A stretch of DNA of 63,862 nt, the filler included, from Octopus bimaculoides (Eukaryota): the NCBI RefSeq assembly GCF_001194135.2. It is 4 parts of 4 records of this genome, joined end to end, with 100 filler letters (N's around TTAATTAATTAA, not from the genome) between each part and the next. Parts side by side here need not be neighbours in the genome. Positions count along the whole stretch, not along the records: positions 55,552 to 60,719 come from NW_026404769.1; positions 60,820 to 63,862 come from NC_068989.1; 2 more parts are not named here. One strand, given 5' to 3'. The position numbers and the translations under genes were made by a program. Within the stretch, counting starts at the first letter, position 1. Each line of letters starts with the position of its first letter. Under the pieces are notes generated by a model. The model was not told the origin of the DNA. It saw only the letters and a program-made list of their open reading frames with translations, and ran no database searches. Positions 59,264-63,862 of this stretch are shown here, piece after piece.

Positions 59264-59575
59264 TGGTGTGGCAGCACCATAATCAACTGCTGCAAAGGTA
59301 AAGGTGACACTTTAGATAAAGAATAATTACAGACGTATCAAATTGTTGGATCAGGTAATGAAGGTCACAGAGAGGGTCATAGCCCAACTAATTAGGGAGG
59401 GAGCCAGTTTAGGTGAGATGCAGTTTGGGTTCGTGCCAGGGAAAAGCATTATTGATGCTATATTTCTGGTAAGACAGCTGCAGGAGAAATAACTAGCCAA
59501 AGATAAACCTCTGTACCTGACTTTCGTTAACATAGGGAAAGCCTTTGACAGGGTCCTCCGATCCCTTATCTGTGG
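59264..59575 (+). mobile_element. RTE LINE RT N-terminal domains, degenerate
   Basis: WCGSTIINCCKGKGDTL / NYRRIKLLDQVMKVTERVIAQLI...EMQFGFVPGKSIIDAIFLVRQLQEK*...FVNIGKAFDRV. Confidence 0.92.
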
Positions 59576-60819
59576 TTTAATTTGCTCTTTTGGTTTACAT
59601 TAAAGCCTATGTTACAAACTCGATGATATATATATATATATATANNNNNNNNNNNNNNNNNNNNNNNNNNNNNNNNNNNNNNNNNNNNNNNNNNATATAT
59701 ATGTTTGATGATGATGATGATGATGTATGTAAGTATATATGTATGTATGTGTGAGTGTTTGCGTGTGTGTAATTTTCACACCCTTTGCTACCAAATGGAG
59801 TAGTATAATTATGTGATATTCTAAATTTGTGAAGATTTAGACAATAAACAATAAATTTCTAACAATATTAATTATATTCCTAAGATATCAATTATATTTC
59901 ATCTGTGTGATAATTCACTTATCAAACAGCATCCCCATGTGCTATTTCCCATGTTTGCTGTGTAAAATAATTTATGTAAAACTGACAAATATACGAGTAA
60001 ATAAATATATAATGATATTCTTTTTGCATTGTTCTTCATCATCAAAATCTAATGTCTAATTGATTAGATGAGTGATGGGCAACACAATTCTGTTGAACAA
60101 TGTATATTAGATATCAGAATGTTAATTATTTATGAGAAAAATTCATAAATTAGTAAAGGCTGTTTATTTGGTTCAATGAACACTGCGTTAGACTATGTTT
60201 CAAAGTTTTAATTTTGTTTCCTTAGATTCCGAGCAATATCTCCAAATAAAATTGGGAATGAATAGAATCAATGACATTATTTTCATTCCATCACAAAATC
60301 TAGCTTATTTGGCTAGCATCAAATGAGTTACTTATTTTAAAAAATGTCATCTAATAAAAAATAAAGGAAAAACGTTTTAATGAAGTCAGTTTCTTAATAT
60401 CTTTAAGTTAACAAATAAGCTATAACTACACTGATTGTTATTGAAATATATTTTGTTAAAATAACGTTTTGGGACGGGATTCATGGTTTTCAAGACAGCT
60501 TATATAAGAACAAGTTCTCCAGATGCACACACACACACACACGAATGCATTTACACACATATGCTAGACAGACACATACACATATACTTATAAAGATACA
60601 TTATTCTACATATATAAAATATACATACATATATATATATACATATATACATGTATATAATATATATACATATAATATATACAAGAAATGAGGGCAGGGA
60701 ATCGTCAATTAATAATAGANNNNNNNNNNNNNNNNNNNNNNNNNNNNNNNNNNNNNNNNNNNNTTAATTAATTAANNNNNNNNNNNNNNNNNNNNNNNNN
60801 NNNNNNNNNNNNNNNNNNN

Positions 60820-61050
60820 TATCCTCATCCATTCTCGCTACATGACCATACCAGCGCAGTCGTCTCTCTTGCACACTACAACTGATGCTTCGTAAGTTCA
60901 ACTTTTCTCTCAAGGTACTGACGCTCTGTCTAGTATGCACACTGACATTACACATCCATCGGAGCATACTGGTTTCATTCCTTGCGAGCCTACGCATGTC
61001 CTCAGCAGTTACGGCCCATGTTTCACTGCCATGAAGCATGGCTGTTCGTA
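60820..61050 (-). mobile_element. RTE LINE ORF C-terminal fragment
   Basis: MLHGSETWAVTAEDMRRLARNETSMLRWMCNVSV...RRLRWYGHVARMDED; same family as 27313-27662. Confidence 0.92.
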
Positions 61051-61073
61051 CACATATATATATATATATAATG

Positions 61074-61429
61074 CAAGAGAGTTAGGGGTTGAGGATTCAA
61101 CCCACTAAGGGATAGTATCTATCCAATCATGTATGTACCCCCATTACATCATTTTCATCTGCTAATTACTCCGGCACACAAGAGCTATAGGGATAGAATG
61201 CGGCATACCAACGCTAGGCCGAGAAACAGCTGTAAGTTTCAGTATATTCTCCAATTGCTAAATGTACTTTATATTTGTAACCCTAATTGTTAATATGGCA
61301 TGGTATATCATAAGCATCTGTATATTGTGGTTTTTGTCATTTTAGTTACAAAATAAACAAATTAATTCAATCGAATACACTGTCTGCAAGTCGATGGATA
61401 ATCGCATATTCTCCTCCATTTTCTTATTG

Positions 61430-61432
<3 letters not shown>
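61074..61432. mobile_element. Second member of the 8131-8368 family, with a different interior
   Basis: Shared CAAGA.AGTTAGGGGTTG...CAACCCACTAAGGGATA start and CCTCCATTTTCTTATTGCTA(TA)n end. Confidence 0.6.
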
Positions 61433-61465
<33 letters not shown>

Positions 61466-61937
61466 CTGCTACTACTCAGGAAAATTCTACGCCACTCGGT
61501 GATAAAATCCTGTCATCTCCTTTATAATACTTTGATTAATTTCTAGGAAATCTTGTCTATTCTCTTTGGTCACGCTTTTTCTTCTAGTCTGTTTTCTCAT
61601 TCTGGTTTGTGCAAAATATTCTTACCTATCACCATTGTTCATTTTTACCTTCTTTCTTGATTAACAATTCTATTTTTTTCTCTATTCGCTTTACCTTCAT
61701 CGTTCGTCACACGATGGTTCCTCTCCCCCACACTCTTTTACCATCCCCTTTCCACACAGTGACAATTTTTTTTTTTTTACACAACAGGAATTTAACGTTA
61801 ACACTTTAACATGAAAGATGGCTTGTTCACTTCGACACATCTTCAGTTTAACCCCTTTGTCTTTAAAAATAATATTATTTTGTAAAATAAATATAAAGCA
61901 ATTGCGTTAAAAAAAAGAAAGGTAATAAAAACAAAAT

Positions 61938-62446
61938 GGCGTAATTTCGTTTTGACTCGAATTTTGACAACAAATTACTCGGTAATTTCCGTGAACACGT
62001 GTTATCTTGTCAACTGTCAGTTAACGTATCGAAGTGGAAAGAAGAAGCTAATGGGTTGTACGTGCGTGCGTACTTGTTCCTCTGTCTGTGTGTACGTGCT
62101 TGTTTTTTTTGTGTGTTTGTGCTTGCTCCTCTGTCTGTGTGTACGTGCTTCTTCTGTGTGTGTGTGTGTGCGCGCACGCGTATGTGTGTGTGCTTGTTCC
62201 TCTAAAAACAGAACAGGCATACACACACACAGAGGGGCAAGTATGCACACGCACACACACACACACACACACACAAACAAGAACAAGCGTACACACAGAC
62301 AGCGGAACAAGCGCGCATGCACGTACAACCCATTAGCTTCCACTTTTCGCTTCGATACGTTAACTGACAGTTGACAAGATAACACGTGTTCACGGAAATT
62401 ACCGAGAAATTTGTTGACAAAATTCGAGTCAAAACGAAATAACGCC
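61938..62446. mobile_element. Fold-back MITE with long TIRs and 8-bp TSD (Merlin-like)
   Basis: ~130-bp TIRs (about 3 mismatches in the first ~95 bp), GGCG...CGCC termini, AACAAAAT at 61930-61937 and 62447-62454. Confidence 0.88.
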
Positions 62447-63532
62447 AACAAAATTCACTTCGCTGGACTGCTTCAGAGACCCGATTGAAATAGATGATAA
62501 GCAGTTATTATTGCTGTTATGAAAACATGATAATTTTATTGCCAGACAAGTGCGATTTCCGGTATGACGATAGTGGAGGCTTAGAACTGGCTAATATTAC
62601 AAACTTACAAAAGTTTGTAAATTTATTGTCATTAATTTCGACAAGGAATGAATGTGGTTTTCATTATCAACATGCAAAACTACATCATTGTAGTGGATTT
62701 TTTAAAATTCTGATAGTGCGAAAGAAACTGAGAATCTCCGAATGCTAAGTACTCATACGGCAATGTCATATATCATATATGTACTACTGAGCAGAAAAAG
62801 AAACAAACTTCTATTATCGGGAATTATCTATGAAAGCAATAAATAAAAGCTCCCTCCAGGTATGCTGAACATATAAAACAACAAGCAACATATTCGACCG
62901 TTGCTTTCACGAATCTACTTAAACATCAGACTAACTGAATTTTCAAAATTTGTTAGAGAAGAAAAATCTTCATAATTGGAGTTACATCCCTTGTTTATTC
63001 ATTTATTTATTTATTTATTTATTCTGAGATTTTTAAACAGATTGCGTAAGTGTTTGTGTCATGCAGTTGTTTAGATAGTAATCGCACTCGAAGTTTTTTC
63101 TGTTGATTACATTACATATTTGAGTTGATAATTGCTGTAAGGGCAGTAGTCGATGACAGATTAGATGAGAGTAACGGAAAAAAATAAAACAAATAATACA
63201 CTCCGGGAGATAGTAGTCACGTTTATCACGTCCCCACCACCACCACCACCACCATCCTTTACATTATCAACTCAAATCTCTTGCCTGTGGAGATGGAGTC
63301 GTATTCTCATCCACAACAATTCCAGTCACATCTGTGATGACAATATAATATACTGCATTACTTCAAGTATATACTTATCTCTTTTCGTGAGTATAAATAA
63401 TACTACCCTCAACTTGGAGTATACTTAGGTTCATGCTTGGGTCTAGCGTTGCTACCCTGAGAAGACTGATTTAGACGCTCTTACAAATGTAGAAGAAATA
63501 GACATTTATTGCAATTTATTAAAATGTATTTA

Positions 63533-63690
63533 AGGCAGCGTTGCTGGCAAAATCGTTAGCACGCCAGGCAAATTGCTTTACGTTCTTAGTTCAAATTCCG
63601 CCGAGGTCGACTTTGCTTTTCACTGTCGACGTAATCGACTAGTCCCTTCCCCCAAATTTCAGGCTTTGTCCTTTTAGTAGAAAGGATTAA
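63533..63690 (+). mobile_element. SINE-A with two internal deletions
   Basis: Head, B box and tail present; parts of the centre missing. Confidence 0.8.
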
Positions 63691-63806
63691 AATGTAAGTA
63701 TAATGCTTTATGAATCTTTTTAAATTCTTTCCAACAACAGATTTTTTTTTTTCATATTTTTCACACTGATGTTGTTTTGAATGCCGATGACGAAAATCAT
63801 CTTCAT

Positions 63807-63837
<31 letters not shown>

Positions 63838-63862
63838 TTATTAATATTTCTAAGTCTCTCTA

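Overview
AT-rich, gap-ridden eukaryotic DNA made almost entirely of microsatellites and transposable-element debris. The SINE families, microsatellite density and LINE types suggest a cephalopod (Octopus-like) intron or intergenic region; this is an inference. I can support no host gene, true tRNA/rRNA gene or CRISPR array, and nearly all ORF-track entries are microsatellite or N-gap artefacts. By manual translation I recognise relics of RTE LINEs (several subtypes), R4/Dong LINEs (at least three pieces or families), a HERO-like RT, CR1/L2-group 3' ends and an L1/Tx1-like 3' end. DNA-transposon relics include mariner, Tc1, pogo/Tigger, hAT and Merlin. Four tRNA-headed SINE families are present (called A-D here). 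The most interesting signal is a set of minimal type I hammerhead-ribozyme motifs of the Penelope type (CUGANGA / stem II / GAAA / palindromic stem III) in several unrelated repeats. One of these, SINE-D, joins a tRNA/Pol III head and an (AAT)n spacer to a hammerhead-bearing tail; it has three copies here, two of them head-to-head. Every hammerhead copy in the window has at least one lesion, so activity is inferred only for the reconstructed consensus. All alignments were done by eye, and boundaries are approximate (about +/-10-20 bp unless a TSD is given). Three 100-bp gaps contain an artificial TTAATTAATTAA linker, so adjacency across them is not guaranteed.
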